39,382 bases of DNA from the IMG/VR virus record IMGVR_UViG_2923296884_000001; one strand, written 5' to 3'. The DNA comes from a virus (Duplodnaviria > Heunggongvirae > Uroviricota > Caudoviricetes). The position numbers and the translations under genes are program-made. The notes below the pieces were generated by a model. It did no database searches. It was not told where the DNA came from and saw only the letters and a program-made list of their open reading frames with translations. Shown piece by piece: positions 28,007 to 36,728 of the stretch; position 1 is the first letter of the stretch, and each line of letters starts with the position of its first letter.

Positions 28007-28335
28007 GCGTTTTTTTCCTTTTTGTCTGTCACTTCTTTCCTGATAATTTCATTGCACAAATCCACGCACTCATTGCAGATGTAAACAGACGGTCCGGCAA
28101 TCACCTTTGTGACTTCGTACTGGGATTTATTGCAGAAGCTGCAATAAACCGTCTTCTCGCCTGAAGTCCATGTTTTGCTGGTTTCGCCAGACATCAGTTG
28201 TTTGAGGTCTTTTTCACGACGAAGAACTATCTGGCCACATTCAGCTATTTTTTGGATGTTGACATTTTCTTCTTTCGCCAGCGCTTCCATCCGCTCAATC
28301 AGTCGCTGCGCTTTTTCTCTGTCAATGTGTTGCAT
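28003..28335 (-). CDS. small protein with a C-terminal ClpX-type C4 zinc finger
   Basis: C-terminus [36 protein letters not shown] closely matches the ClpX N-terminal zinc-binding domain (CSFCGK...[15 protein letters not shown]); strong SD AAGGGGGA. Confidence 0.7.
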   Translation of the reverse strand: MQHIDREKAQRLIERMEALAKEENVNIQKIAECGQIVLRREKDLKQLMSGETSKTWTSGEKTVYCSFCNKSQYEVTKVIAGPSVYICNECVDLCNEIIRKEVTDKKEKNA

Positions 28336-28398
28336 TGTGTCCCCCTTGTTTATGCTCCCGGGTTAAAGTCATCAGGGCGGATGCGCCCTGATGTTGTG

Positions 28399-28710
28399 TT
28401 ATTCGGGAAATAACGCCCGGATATTTCCGGCCATCTGACTGGTTATCTGTGCGGCTGATACTGGCTGTGACGCGGGGCGTTCTGTCCTGGTTTGTGTCAT
28501 TGATAACGCCTCATCATCAGCCCATGCAGCCAGTCGGTAAGCCTCTGCCGGATTCATTTTCAGTAGTGCCAGCCCGGCCAGAAAAGCCACGCGTTGACCA
28601 CTTTTGCGGGCTTCTGGTGTAAGGCTGTCCAGCCAGGCGCATGCTTCGCCTTCGTTCTTGACGGCGGCGGGCTTCAGATAGAAACTTATCCGTCTGGTTG
28701 GTGTCGTCAT
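28399..28710 (-). CDS. parR: ParR-like partition adaptor (103 aa)
   Basis: ATG at 28710 four nt after the parM stop, SD AAGGAG; N-terminus ISFYLKPAAVKN...VAFLAGLALL resembles plasmid R1 ParR (IAFKLNPDVN...AALTAGLALY). Confidence 0.7.
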   Translation of the reverse strand: MTTPTRRISFYLKPAAVKNEGEACAWLDSLTPEARKSGQRVAFLAGLALLKMNPAEAYRLAAWADDEALSMTQTRTERPASQPVSAAQITSQMAGNIRALFPE

Positions 28711-28714
28711 TGGT

Positions 28715-29674
28715 TTACTCCTTGTCCATTGCGTACAGCCCATTAACCAGAGCAAACTGTGGCACCCCGTCCGCGATGAAAGTCGCATTAACTCCGCAGG
28801 CTTCGCGGATAGCGGGTGCCACAATCTCTGCCCCGCCACCGACAACCATCACCCGCCCGTAACCCGAAAAACCCGCCAGCGCGCGGATCACGCGTTGTTT
28901 CAGTGTTTCTTCCTTTTCACGAATAACCGCCATCAGGCTGGCGTAATGCGCGTCATTGTGGATGTGCTGGCGCAGCCAGGCTTCATCATGGCGATGTTCG
29001 ATAATGGTATTGGCGATGTGGTGACTGGTACGCATACCGTTAGTGGCCATCACCGACAGTACGGCATCGGCCATCAGGGAAACGCCTACGTGTGGATCGC
29101 AAAACACCTGGCTGATACCTGCCAGTTGTCCCTGAACCTTTGCCACATCCAGCGTGGTTCCGCCTAAATCCACAATCAGCAGGGATTCAAACGGACTCAT
29201 GTCAGCCAGTGCCTTAAAGCCAGCCGGAATGGATTCAGGCATAACCCGCACGTTACGGATAGTGAATGCTTCGCCGTTCTGGTACTCCACCGGGCGCATA
29301 ACGTTCGCTTTTTTGCGGTTGATGTTGGCCATGTCCGGCTGTGCGTTTGTGTCGAAATACTCGCTCAGTGGCAGGGTGACAACCACATCCACCTCCTGTG
29401 GCGTGATGCCTGATTTGACCAGCGCGTGATGAATGGCGATTACATTCACATCGCTGTACTGGTATTGCGTGTCGGTCGTCTGGACAAAGCGATCGCTAAC
29501 CGGATCAAAACCATAGCGCACGCCATCAAGCATGTAGTTCGCGGGCTGCATGCCACCGAACGGCGCAGACCATTCCGACTTGAAGCTGTTCGGGCTGATG
29601 GCGTTGCGGCGTTCGCCATTCTCAGTCCATGCCAGCTTGATGTTGGTGGAGCCGTCGTCGATACAAATTTTCAT
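28715..29674 (-). CDS. parM: ParM/StbA actin-like segregation ATPase
   Basis: 319 aa; MKICIDDGSTNIKLAW... with full-length similarity to plasmid R1 ParM (phosphate-1 motif DDGSTNIKL, VMPESIPAG, LIVDLGGTTLD, VVGGGAE). Confidence 0.9.
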   Translation of the reverse strand: MKICIDDGSTNIKLAWTENGERRNAISPNSFKSEWSAPFGGMQPANYMLDGVRYGFDPVSDRFVQTTDTQYQYSDVNVIAIHHALVKSGITPQEVDVVVTLPLSEYFDTNAQPDMANINRKKANVMRPVEYQNGEAFTIRNVRVMPESIPAGFKALADMSPFESLLIVDLGGTTLDVAKVQGQLAGISQVFCDPHVGVSLMADAVLSVMATNGMRTSHHIANTIIEHRHDEAWLRQHIHNDAHYASLMAVIREKEETLKQRVIRALAGFSGYGRVMVVGGGAEIVAPAIREACGVNATFIADGVPQFALVNGLYAMDKE

Positions 29675-29705
29675 GTCGCTTTTCCTTATGTTGATTAATT
29701 AATCG

Positions 29706-29816
29706 TTTACGGGATTCTGAAATCCCGTTTTTGCCTGTTTTGTGTGCGCTTCATATATCGCGGCGCGTTTTTTGCTCATTTACGGGATTTGTGAATCCCG
29801 TTTCTGTCTGTTTTTT
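29706..29816. repeat. two ~39-bp direct repeats, each with an ACGGGATT-nnnn-AATCCCGT palindrome; parC-like centromere or replication origin candidate
   Basis: Copies at 29706-29744 (in the A-parM gap) and 29779-29816 (within the last codons of A), 73 bp apart. Confidence 0.7.
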
Positions 29817-32573
29817 GTTTCCACTGGTCAGGCCACCCCGCAGCAGGTCTGCTTTGCGGCGGGCACGTTCAGTGGTTTCACTGATTCTCTGTGCGTGCTC
29901 TGCGTCGCGGATGGCGCGCAGCATGTCAGAAAGCACGGTAACGGGGGGGGTCATGGTGTTCTGGTCCTGCTGAAGTGTGGATGCCAGACGTGCGGCGGCT
30001 TCGGGGTCTGATGCCCCCAGCTGTTCCAGATAGCTGGCGACCGGGTTATGGCGGATCTCCGTGCTGCTTACGCCGTGATTACGGCTCAGGCGCTGCCAGA
30101 GCTGCGTGATTCGGCTGTCCGGGCGGGTATCCGGTTTGCGTACAATTTCAAATCCCTGCGGTGCAATGATGCTGCCGTCAACGTACAGGCTGCCGCCCCG
30201 TAACAGGTGCTGCATCTGCTGTTCACCGATATGCAGGCCGAGAGATTCGGCAGATTCCCGCCATTCTTTAGCGAGTAATTCGTGGTTATCAGGCAAAGGC
30301 CGCTGCTGTTTGCGGCTCTGTGTCCAGCTCTGCATTTCATCACTGCTGTTTTTTGCCTGTTTGTCACGCAGCGAACGCATCAGCGCCCGGCGTTCGTGCC
30401 GTTTCAGTGAGCGCATCCATTCGTTCACGTCAACGCCGTCAGGAAGCTGCGGCCACGGTGCTGGCCGTTCTTCCGGCTGTTCTGTCCCGTTGTTGTCCGT
30501 TTCCTGTACACGGGGACAGTTATTGCCACGAGTCCAAGGGGCGGCAGGGCCGCCCTGAAGGTCAAAACCATTTTCGCGGGCGCTGTCTTCCGCTTCCGGT
30601 TTACGTCTTACCAGCTTCCAGTTATCCGGATGCGTGCACACACGGGAGGATTCCCCGATGAGTGGTGACCAGATCCCGTAAATCTGTACGCTCTGTTCGC
30701 CGTAATCGTTCAGCTCATCTGCGAGGTCGTAGGCGGTGCGAATCAGGTAGTCTTTGCGTGGAACAAGTACGCCGCCCTGTTTTTCAATGTAGGTGGCAAA
30801 ACACCCGGCATCGGCGGCAGCGAGTACCGCATCCATTGCGTCATCTTTCAGTCGTTGCGGGCCTTCCGGGTTGCGTGCCATCTGGCTGGCAAGGCGGCGC
30901 AGTTCACGCCACACCTGACGGGAGGGGATGCCAAAGAACTGGAACTGGCGGACCCGATGAAGGCGCGCCCAGCCGATGGCGCGCTCCACACTCTCGGCCA
31001 TTGATTTTCCGGTTTCGTGGTCAACGCGTGGCTTGCCCGTTTTCGGGTCGATGCCATCCACGGCGCGGCTGTCCAGGTTCTTTCCGATGTAGGTCGCGAT
31101 ATAGCTGGTTGGTGTGCCTTTTGAGCCGTCGACATACTCCGCCTTAAAGCGCGGAGTAATATCATTGCCCAGCTCGTGGCGGTCTTCCTGAATGGCAATA
31201 TCGCGGGTATGGGACACAATGGTGTCGATTTCTTCCGGATGAGCAAAGACCATCATATGCCAGTGCACGGTGCCGTCATGGTGAGGCTCCACCGTGCGGA
31301 TGCCATACCAGCGAAGACCGTCGCGGTTCAGTTTTTTGCGGACCGCCGCAAAAAACGTGTTAACCAGGTAATAGCTGGAGTCGCGCATGGTGGCCCCGTT
31401 CCATTTGGGATTCGGATGACCGTTCTCTGTTGTGGCGTGGTATTTTGACGGGCAGGTGACAGTCAGAAACACCGCTTTGTCGCCACGGGCTTCGGCCAGA
31501 AGTTCCAGCCCCTTCATGGTGGCCATCATTTCTGCCTTACGGTGAACCGGGTTACTTACTCCCGCGTAATACACTGTCTCGAGATCAATCGTGAACCCGT
31601 CTTCGTTTTCCAGCATGAAACTTTTCAGGAAATCGCGTGTTTTCTCGCGCTGTGCGCGAAACTCGCTTAACGCGTCCTGGCTCAGATAGGGTGATGTTTT
31701 TCTGGAAACCAGACAGGCGGCGCGGAGTTGTTCTTCTCTCCACTCGCAACGTAACAGCCACAGTTTGCGTTTCCACCATTCCGCACAGGTCAGGCGAAGG
31801 ACTGCGCCCGGCAGCAGCTCCGTGTCCGGTTCGTTCCTCCGGTTTTTATCTGTTGTCAGTGCGTCATAATGTGGAGGCATGATGTGCAGGTGTAACGCCA
31901 TGCGGGCCAGCATCTGATACGCCTTCAGCGTTACATCCATGGTCAGCTCGCCATCTCTGGCACCAAAGCCATCACAGAGTTTTTCGAAGGTGCTGCTGAA
32001 CATCGCCGCCGTCATGGTGGCCAGCGTCTGTATCTGGTGTTTGTTGAGCTGCGGCAGGTAAAGCAAATCGTCCAGGCGTTCGCGTCCGGCAAGGGAGCGA
32101 TAACCCGGTGTCAGCCAGTGTCCGTCAGTGCGATCCAGACGTTCGAATATTTTGCGCAGGGTTCCGCGTGCATAGCGTTCCGCCTGCCAGCTCTTTTTGC
32201 CTTTCCGGCGATCGGCTTCCTGTTTTTTGCGCAGGAAGGAGAGGTGGCGAATAAGCGGATCGCGCAGATAGGACGGCAGCAGGCGCAGCGAGGCCATGGC
32301 TTCATCCACCGCGCCACGTGCCTGTTTTCTGGCTTCTCTGGCCAGTGTGATGGTTTTGTCCTGTTTTTCCTGTGCGTCCAGGCTTTTATTAATCAGGTTG
32401 CCCAGCGGCGTGGCGGAGAACGCCGCATCAGCCATTTCCTGGCGGCGCTCGTTCTCTGCCCGGTAGGCATCCAGCCAGGAGGAAAGCTCGGATTCAGGAG
32501 CGGGGATTCCCGTTCCTTCACGACCCACTGCGTGGCGCGGTTGTTGCCAGTCCCTGATGTACTCTGCCGTCAT
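29751..32573 (-). CDS. A: replication initiation protein A (rolling-circle endonuclease)
   Basis: 940-aa ORF with P2 gpA-type features; longer than P2 gpA (761 aa). Confidence 0.92.
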   Translation of the reverse strand: MTAEYIRDWQQPRHAVGREGTGIPAPESELSSWLDAYRAENERRQEMADAAFSATPLGNLINKSLDAQEKQDKTITLAREARKQARGAVDEAMASLRLLPSYLRDPLIRHLSFLRKKQEADRRKGKKSWQAERYARGTLRKIFERLDRTDGHWLTPGYRSLAGRERLDDLLYLPQLNKHQIQTLATMTAAMFSSTFEKLCDGFGARDGELTMDVTLKAYQMLARMALHLHIMPPHYDALTTDKNRRNEPDTELLPGAVLRLTCAEWWKRKLWLLRCEWREEQLRAACLVSRKTSPYLSQDALSEFRAQREKTRDFLKSFMLENEDGFTIDLETVYYAGVSNPVHRKAEMMATMKGLELLAEARGDKAVFLTVTCPSKYHATTENGHPNPKWNGATMRDSSYYLVNTFFAAVRKKLNRDGLRWYGIRTVEPHHDGTVHWHMMVFAHPEEIDTIVSHTRDIAIQEDRHELGNDITPRFKAEYVDGSKGTPTSYIATYIGKNLDSRAVDGIDPKTGKPRVDHETGKSMAESVERAIGWARLHRVRQFQFFGIPSRQVWRELRRLASQMARNPEGPQRLKDDAMDAVLAAADAGCFATYIEKQGGVLVPRKDYLIRTAYDLADELNDYGEQSVQIYGIWSPLIGESSRVCTHPDNWKLVRRKPEAEDSARENGFDLQGGPAAPWTRGNNCPRVQETDNNGTEQPEERPAPWPQLPDGVDVNEWMRSLKRHERRALMRSLRDKQAKNSSDEMQSWTQSRKQQRPLPDNHELLAKEWRESAESLGLHIGEQQMQHLLRGGSLYVDGSIIAPQGFEIVRKPDTRPDSRITQLWQRLSRNHGVSSTEIRHNPVASYLEQLGASDPEAAARLASTLQQDQNTMTPPVTVLSDMLRAIRDAEHAQRISETTERARRKADLLRGGLTSGNKKQTETGFTNPVNEQKTRRDI

Positions 32574-32579
32574 AGTGAT

Positions 32580-32945
32580 TTACTTCGTCATGCCATTCAG
32601 GGTGTCGCGGCAGACTGTAGCCAGCCGCTGAATTTCCAGCACGGTGTCTTCTGTGTCGGCATGGCGATGTGTGATGCGGATGCTGTCGGCAATCACATCG
32701 ACGATTGCAGAGGATGGGCGCTGGTAAATGCCAATAACGGACGGGGTGCCACCTTCAATGCGGTAAAGCCTGTAATTTTCCTCATGGCTGTCAATCATGT
32801 AGCGACCATCAATAACAATCTTTCCGTCAGCGAGCTGCGGTACAGGCAGGGATTTCAGGTACATGTCATAACGATCACGCACGCGAGCGGCAAGATCACG
32901 TTCTGTGTTGAGCAGGTATTCAAGAAAGTCGTTGGCGAGAATCAT
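32580..32945 (-). CDS. hypothetical early protein (121 aa)
   Basis: ATG at 32945 with SD AAGAGGA; ends 6 nt before the A start. Confidence 0.6.
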   Translation of the reverse strand: MILANDFLEYLLNTERDLAARVRDRYDMYLKSLPVPQLADGKIVIDGRYMIDSHEENYRLYRIEGGTPSVIGIYQRPSSAIVDVIADSIRITHRHADTEDTVLEIQRLATVCRDTLNGMTK

Positions 32946-33017
32946 TGCGGCAATCCTCTTGCTACAGATGTGCGAAGGCCTCCCGCCGCAAGGTGCAGGA
33001 AAGGCCTGGAACAGGAA

Positions 33018-33248
33018 TTAATGGAGTTTGTTTTGCTGCTGGATGAGCTGCTGAAGCTCGCGCAGATCATCCGCCAGATAGCTGAAAACAGAGGCGGAAT
33101 AAATGTTTGATAGTGCGTGGCTGCGCTCATGCAGCATATTGATGTGCATGATTTGCGCGACGCGTGATGCGCGGAAAAGTCTGCGGTTGATTTCAGTCTG
33201 GATGTGACGACGCTCCGCGATAGCGCGGTGCTGTTTGCGGTTTGCCAT
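33018..33248 (-). CDS. hypothetical small basic protein (76 aa)
   Basis: ATG at 33248 with SD GAGAGG. Confidence 0.5.
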   Translation of the reverse strand: MANRKQHRAIAERRHIQTEINRRLFRASRVAQIMHINMLHERSHALSNIYSASVFSYLADDLRELQQLIQQQNKLH

Positions 33249-33426
33249 GATGTGGCCTCTCTGTTAGTTAGTTTTGAAAACTCACCATCCAGAGGTTCCA
33301 AGCTCGGGGTGGTGAGACGTACAGGGTTGGAACTACCGGCTAACAGAGGACCCGGCCCAGCTGATGCTGGCCCTGTACGCCCCACCATAATTCTGACGCG
33401 AAAAAGACGTGGCGATACGGCACGCA

Positions 33427-33448
33427 CAAAAAAACCGCTGGCGCGGTT
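33427..33448 (-). terminator. rho-independent terminator candidate (minus strand) between the SPFH module and the replication module
   Basis: Minus-strand AACCGC-gcca-GCGGTT followed by TTTTTTTG. Confidence 0.45.
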
Positions 33449-33615
33449 GTGCGCTCTGTTAGTCTGCGGGGTTCCAATCCCGGCACCCGTTTTATGAGGT
33501 GCAGCGGAAATGTAACCTGACTGATTGCGGCATGGCAAGCGGTTTTTTTGTGAGAACGGCATACTAAAAAATCCTGATACTGCTCCGGCCAGCGGTTTTC
33601 ACTGGCCGGGTTTAA

Positions 33616-34446
33616 TTACTTCACCGGAACAAACGGAACAGCGGTGTTACTGGTCATGTATTGCGGTAGCGTGCCGTTCCATTTGTTAATCGCTTCCAGC
33701 TCCATAACGCCGGGATTCTGGCGCAGAGCTTCACCGCGTAAACGAATGGCGTCGGCTTCAGCCTGGGCTTTTGTGCGAATGGCATCGGCTTGTCCGGCAG
33801 CTTCTGCGCGCAGCATGTTGGCTTCAGCTTCGCGTTGCTTGACTTCCTGTTCACGTTGCAGGGTTTTCTGGTTTGCCGTGACTTTGGCATTAATGCTGTC
33901 GATAACGGTTGGCGGGTATTCCGGCTTACCCACATAAGAGAGGCTCATTACCTGAATGCCGATAGGTGTCATTTCTGCCTGAATGTCTTTAAGTGCTGAA
34001 TCCAGCAGTTCAGACTTGCCACCGTCGATAAATTTATCGGTGGTCATTTTGCTGGCCAGTCGGTTGAGTGCGTCGGCGATCTTCTGGCGCAGGTCAGTGT
34101 CGGTAATGTCGTCCACGCCTTTGCGGTAGGTCTGAAACACCGTGGTAACTTTGGATGGATCAACTTTGTAGGCCACGCCGATGTGATAGCCGATGGTTGT
34201 GCCGTCACTCATCTGGAAGTTGAACGGCTCATCGTAAGTCTTCATTTGTTTGAAAGTCGGGAAGATGTAAACCTCTGTATTCCAGCCTGTCCAGTAGCGG
34301 CCAACGCCAACTACTTCGCCGACGCCTTTGTCGTCGCCCAGTTTGTTGACTTTGATTCCCACATTACCTGGCTCAACGCGATCGCAACCAACCAGCAGGA
34401 TGGCGGCAAAAAGCGGGAGAATCTGAAAGAGTTTGAATTTCTTCAT
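33616..34446 (-). CDS. SPFH/band-7 domain lipoprotein (276 aa)
   Basis: Signal peptide with lipobox LLVGC, then a region reading as an SPFH/band-7 domain, then a coiled-coil Ala/Glu/Gln-rich C-terminus; SD AAGGAA; overlaps the upstream gene (ATGA). Confidence 0.85.
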   Translation of the reverse strand: MKKFKLFQILPLFAAILLVGCDRVEPGNVGIKVNKLGDDKGVGEVVGVGRYWTGWNTEVYIFPTFKQMKTYDEPFNFQMSDGTTIGYHIGVAYKVDPSKVTTVFQTYRKGVDDITDTDLRQKIADALNRLASKMTTDKFIDGGKSELLDSALKDIQAEMTPIGIQVMSLSYVGKPEYPPTVIDSINAKVTANQKTLQREQEVKQREAEANMLRAEAAGQADAIRTKAQAEADAIRLRGEALRQNPGVMELEAINKWNGTLPQYMTSNTAVPFVPVK

Positions 34447-34646
34447 TGCTTGATTTCCTTGATGTACTTACTGAAAAGGCGAACAACGCCTGCCGGGTAC
34501 AGCATGGCAATGAAAATGCCCAGCAATACCAGGAAGGAGCTGTCTGATGAAATCATTCGGGGGAGTAGTCCTGCATACAGAATGAAAGAGACGAGGACGC
34601 ATACCAGCGCCCACATGTATGCGCGAAACCAGGTCTTTTTGTTCAT
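34443..34646 (-). CDS. small two-helix membrane protein (67 aa), partner of the SPFH gene
   Basis: Two hydrophobic helices (WALVCVLVSFILYAGLL, FLVLLGIFIAMLYPAGVV); translationally coupled on both sides. Confidence 0.65.
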   Translation of the reverse strand: MNKKTWFRAYMWALVCVLVSFILYAGLLPRMISSDSSFLVLLGIFIAMLYPAGVVRLFSKYIKEIKQ

Positions 34647-34861
34647 GTTGATTGCTCTCTTTTGTTATTCAGGAAAAAGTCAAAAACGTTATCGATGCGC
34701 ATCATGAGTTCGCGCTGCATCGCTTCTGGTGTTTCCGGTTCACCAGGCGACCCCAGCGTTGCGCAGAAATCAGCGATCTCGTGTTGAATGAGTTCTTTCA
34801 GCGTCGGTAAGGAATTCATGTGTGTGCGGCGATGCCTGCGTGTGATTCGCCTTCTGCTCAT
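34643..34861 (-). CDS. hypothetical protein (72 aa)
   Basis: Overlaps neighbours by ATGA at both ends; Arg-rich N-terminus. Confidence 0.5.
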   Translation of the reverse strand: MSRRRITRRHRRTHMNSLPTLKELIQHEIADFCATLGSPGEPETPEAMQRELMMRIDNVFDFFLNNKREQST

Positions 34862-35061
34862 TTACGCTGCTCCTGTACCTGTCGGATAAGGTTTACCCGC
34901 GCCACATTAGTGGCGCAGAAGTAAGTGCCGTCAGTGAGGTAGATGTGGTGTGCATCCTTTTCCGAACGATGTTTGTCGATAGTGGTAATCAGGCGTTCGT
35001 CGACCTCGTATTCGCGCCCTCTGGAGGTAAAGCGAACGACGGGAAAATGCTTAATTGCCAT
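34858..35061 (-). CDS. hypothetical protein (67 aa)
   Basis: Translationally coupled in the same operon. Confidence 0.5.
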   Translation of the reverse strand: MAIKHFPVVRFTSRGREYEVDERLITTIDKHRSEKDAHHIYLTDGTYFCATNVARVNLIRQVQEQRK

Positions 35062-35084
35062 TGCGCCCCCTTTGCCCAGTAACC

Positions 35085-35495
35085 CTATGCGTTAAATACG
35101 GTGCACTGTGCGTCATCAATGAATGCGACTTGAGAGCGCTCTATCAGGCGGAGATTTGTCAGAATTTCTGATTCCCTTATGGGGTGAGGAGTGATCAGGT
35201 ATTTATCCTGTAACCCGGCGATAATGGTGTATCGCTGTAGCTCCGAGCCAATTGTGTAAATAAGGCGTCCGGTGTTAGACAAATCCAGTCCGGTGACGGG
35301 TTGTGTTCTGAGAACCGCCAGTTCAGCATCCTGTTTTGCGATAATTTCGGCTGCTTCTGCCGTGACTCTTGCGACTATCAGTGTGTGGGTTGCGACGTCC
35401 ATATGATTATTTGCTATGGCTTTTTTCGCTACTACGTTTTCTGTCTTTGAAATTTCTTTCAGTGCTCTGATGATACCTTCTTCTTTTGCGTGCAT
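35085..35495 (-). CDS. hypothetical protein (136 aa)
   Basis: ATG at 35495 with SD GGAG; first gene of the coupled block ending with the SPFH gene. Confidence 0.6.
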   Translation of the reverse strand: MHAKEEGIIRALKEISKTENVVAKKAIANNHMDVATHTLIVARVTAEAAEIIAKQDAELAVLRTQPVTGLDLSNTGRLIYTIGSELQRYTIIAGLQDKYLITPHPIRESEILTNLRLIERSQVAFIDDAQCTVFNA

Positions 35496-35560
35496 TTTTG
35501 TATCTCCGTTATTTGCGTGTGCGAATACCTCCGTTAATACGGATGGTTTTCTCGTTTTCT

Positions 35561-35701
35561 TATTTAATTTGATGTTTTATTTGTATCGTTATTCACCAGT
35601 GAAAAACGTTCAATCTTTTTTACTGAATGAATAATTCGCATAATTCCAATAGCGCAGGCCACCGAAATAATCAGAACAAGCCATGAGATAAATATACTCA
35701 T
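35561..35701 (-). CDS. small hydrophobic single-TM protein (46 aa; not in ORF track)
   Basis: ATG at 35701 overlaps the upstream stop (ATGA); translation MSIFISWLVLIISVACAIGIMRIIHSVKKIERFSLVNNDTNKTSN. Confidence 0.45.
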
Positions 35702-35940
35702 GCGATATTCCCCAGCTTATACGGTTCAATATGTTCCCCGCATTCTGCGGCACAGATCAGCTCGGAAAGTTCGTTAAGTGCATCCAGATCATCAGCGTAA
35801 AAAGCCACGTCATACAGACTCCGGATTGCCCTGGTCAATGAGTCACGGGCTGCACGTTCAGCATGAGCGCCTGATGCACTTAAGCGAAAATAAAAACGCT
35901 CAAGTGCTTTGTTAATGAGAGTTTTATATTCTTTGCCCAT
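35698..35940 (-). CDS. hypothetical protein (80 aa)
   Basis: Start refined to the ATG at 35940 (MGKEYKTLINK...), SD AAAGGG. Confidence 0.5.
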   Translation of the reverse strand: MGKEYKTLINKALERFYFRLSASGAHAERAARDSLTRAIRSLYDVAFYADDLDALNELSELICAAECGEHIEPYKLGNIA

Positions 35941-35951
35941 CGCAACGCCCT

Positions 35952-36230
35952 TTAATCTGCTTTCTGAATTTCTGCTTCTGAATCCATACAAATAATTTCG
36001 ATATAGGGTTCATCGCCATTAGTCTTACGTGCTTTTTCCGCTTCGCTAATGATTTCGTGTACAGTCTGGTACGGAAGTTCTACGGTCAGGCGCGTGCCGT
36101 TCAGATAAACGTAAGTAGCTGCATTTTTTTCGGATGGAACGACTCCATCAATAGCTGATGCGCGTAATAACAGTTCACCGCGAAAATCAATAAAACGAAT
36201 AAATACACCTTGTGCATGCTCTTTGGTCAT
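35952..36230 (-). CDS. hypothetical protein (about 92 aa)
   Basis: Start refined to the ATG at 36230 (MTKEHAQGV...), 10 nt after the upstream stop. Confidence 0.5.
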   Translation of the reverse strand: MTKEHAQGVFIRFIDFRGELLLRASAIDGVVPSEKNAATYVYLNGTRLTVELPYQTVHEIISEAEKARKTNGDEPYIEIICMDSEAEIQKAD

Positions 36231-36240
36231 AAAGCACCTG

Positions 36241-36591
36241 TTATAAATCAGCCTGTTTAATAAAACTTTGTCCGCGAAGCAGACGATCAACTGTGCGAAG
36301 TGCTTCGTACAATGTGAAATCCTGCCCGAACTGATTGTCGCCGTTGCTCAGTGCAAAAATGCGGTTTCCGGTAAATGGGTTGCGCTGGCATCTGTGAACC
36401 ACGATTCCTGCTTTTTCAATCAGCCAAGTGTGTTCACCAATTTGTTTTACTGGGTAGCCATCCGGCGTTGCGTGTGTTTCGCTCAGGCTGTAGCGAGAGT
36501 TGCTACGTGATGCACTGGTAGCGAAACGGTTAGCATGGCGTTCCGCACCGTTGCGGAAGCGCTGCTGTGAAGAATTGCGCTGTAGTTTCAT
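36241..36591 (-). CDS. hypothetical protein (116 aa)
   Basis: ORF with ATG at 36591; SD weak; first gene after the low-GC insert. Confidence 0.5.
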   Translation of the reverse strand: MKLQRNSSQQRFRNGAERHANRFATSASRSNSRYSLSETHATPDGYPVKQIGEHTWLIEKAGIVVHRCQRNPFTGNRIFALSNGDNQFGQDFTLYEALRTVDRLLRGQSFIKQADL

Positions 36592-36728
36592 ATTAAAACT
36601 CTGTACCTTCGGTAAGGTGTACTCGTGTCACCTTGTATTGATTTGTGGTATTTTTTTTGTGTGTCTAGGACTTGGACTGGCCGGTTCAGGTCCTGGCTTA
36701 TGTTTAATTAAATTGTTAAGAGGTTTTC

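Noticed and set aside
32037-33110. 357-aa plus-strand ORF overlapping gene A and the 121-aa gene
   Set aside because: Antisense to the replication gene; Cys/Gly/Ala-rich translation typical of a high-GC reverse frame
33455-33485. tRNA-like T-arm sequence GGTTCCAATCC
   Set aside because: Flanking bases do not form a T-stem or any cloverleaf
32942-33562. 206-aa minus-strand ORF spanning the gap between the SPFH and replication modules
   Set aside because: Low-complexity Ser/Ala/Pro-rich translation that runs across a terminator-like hairpin; the in-frame 76-aa ORF with a good SD is the better call
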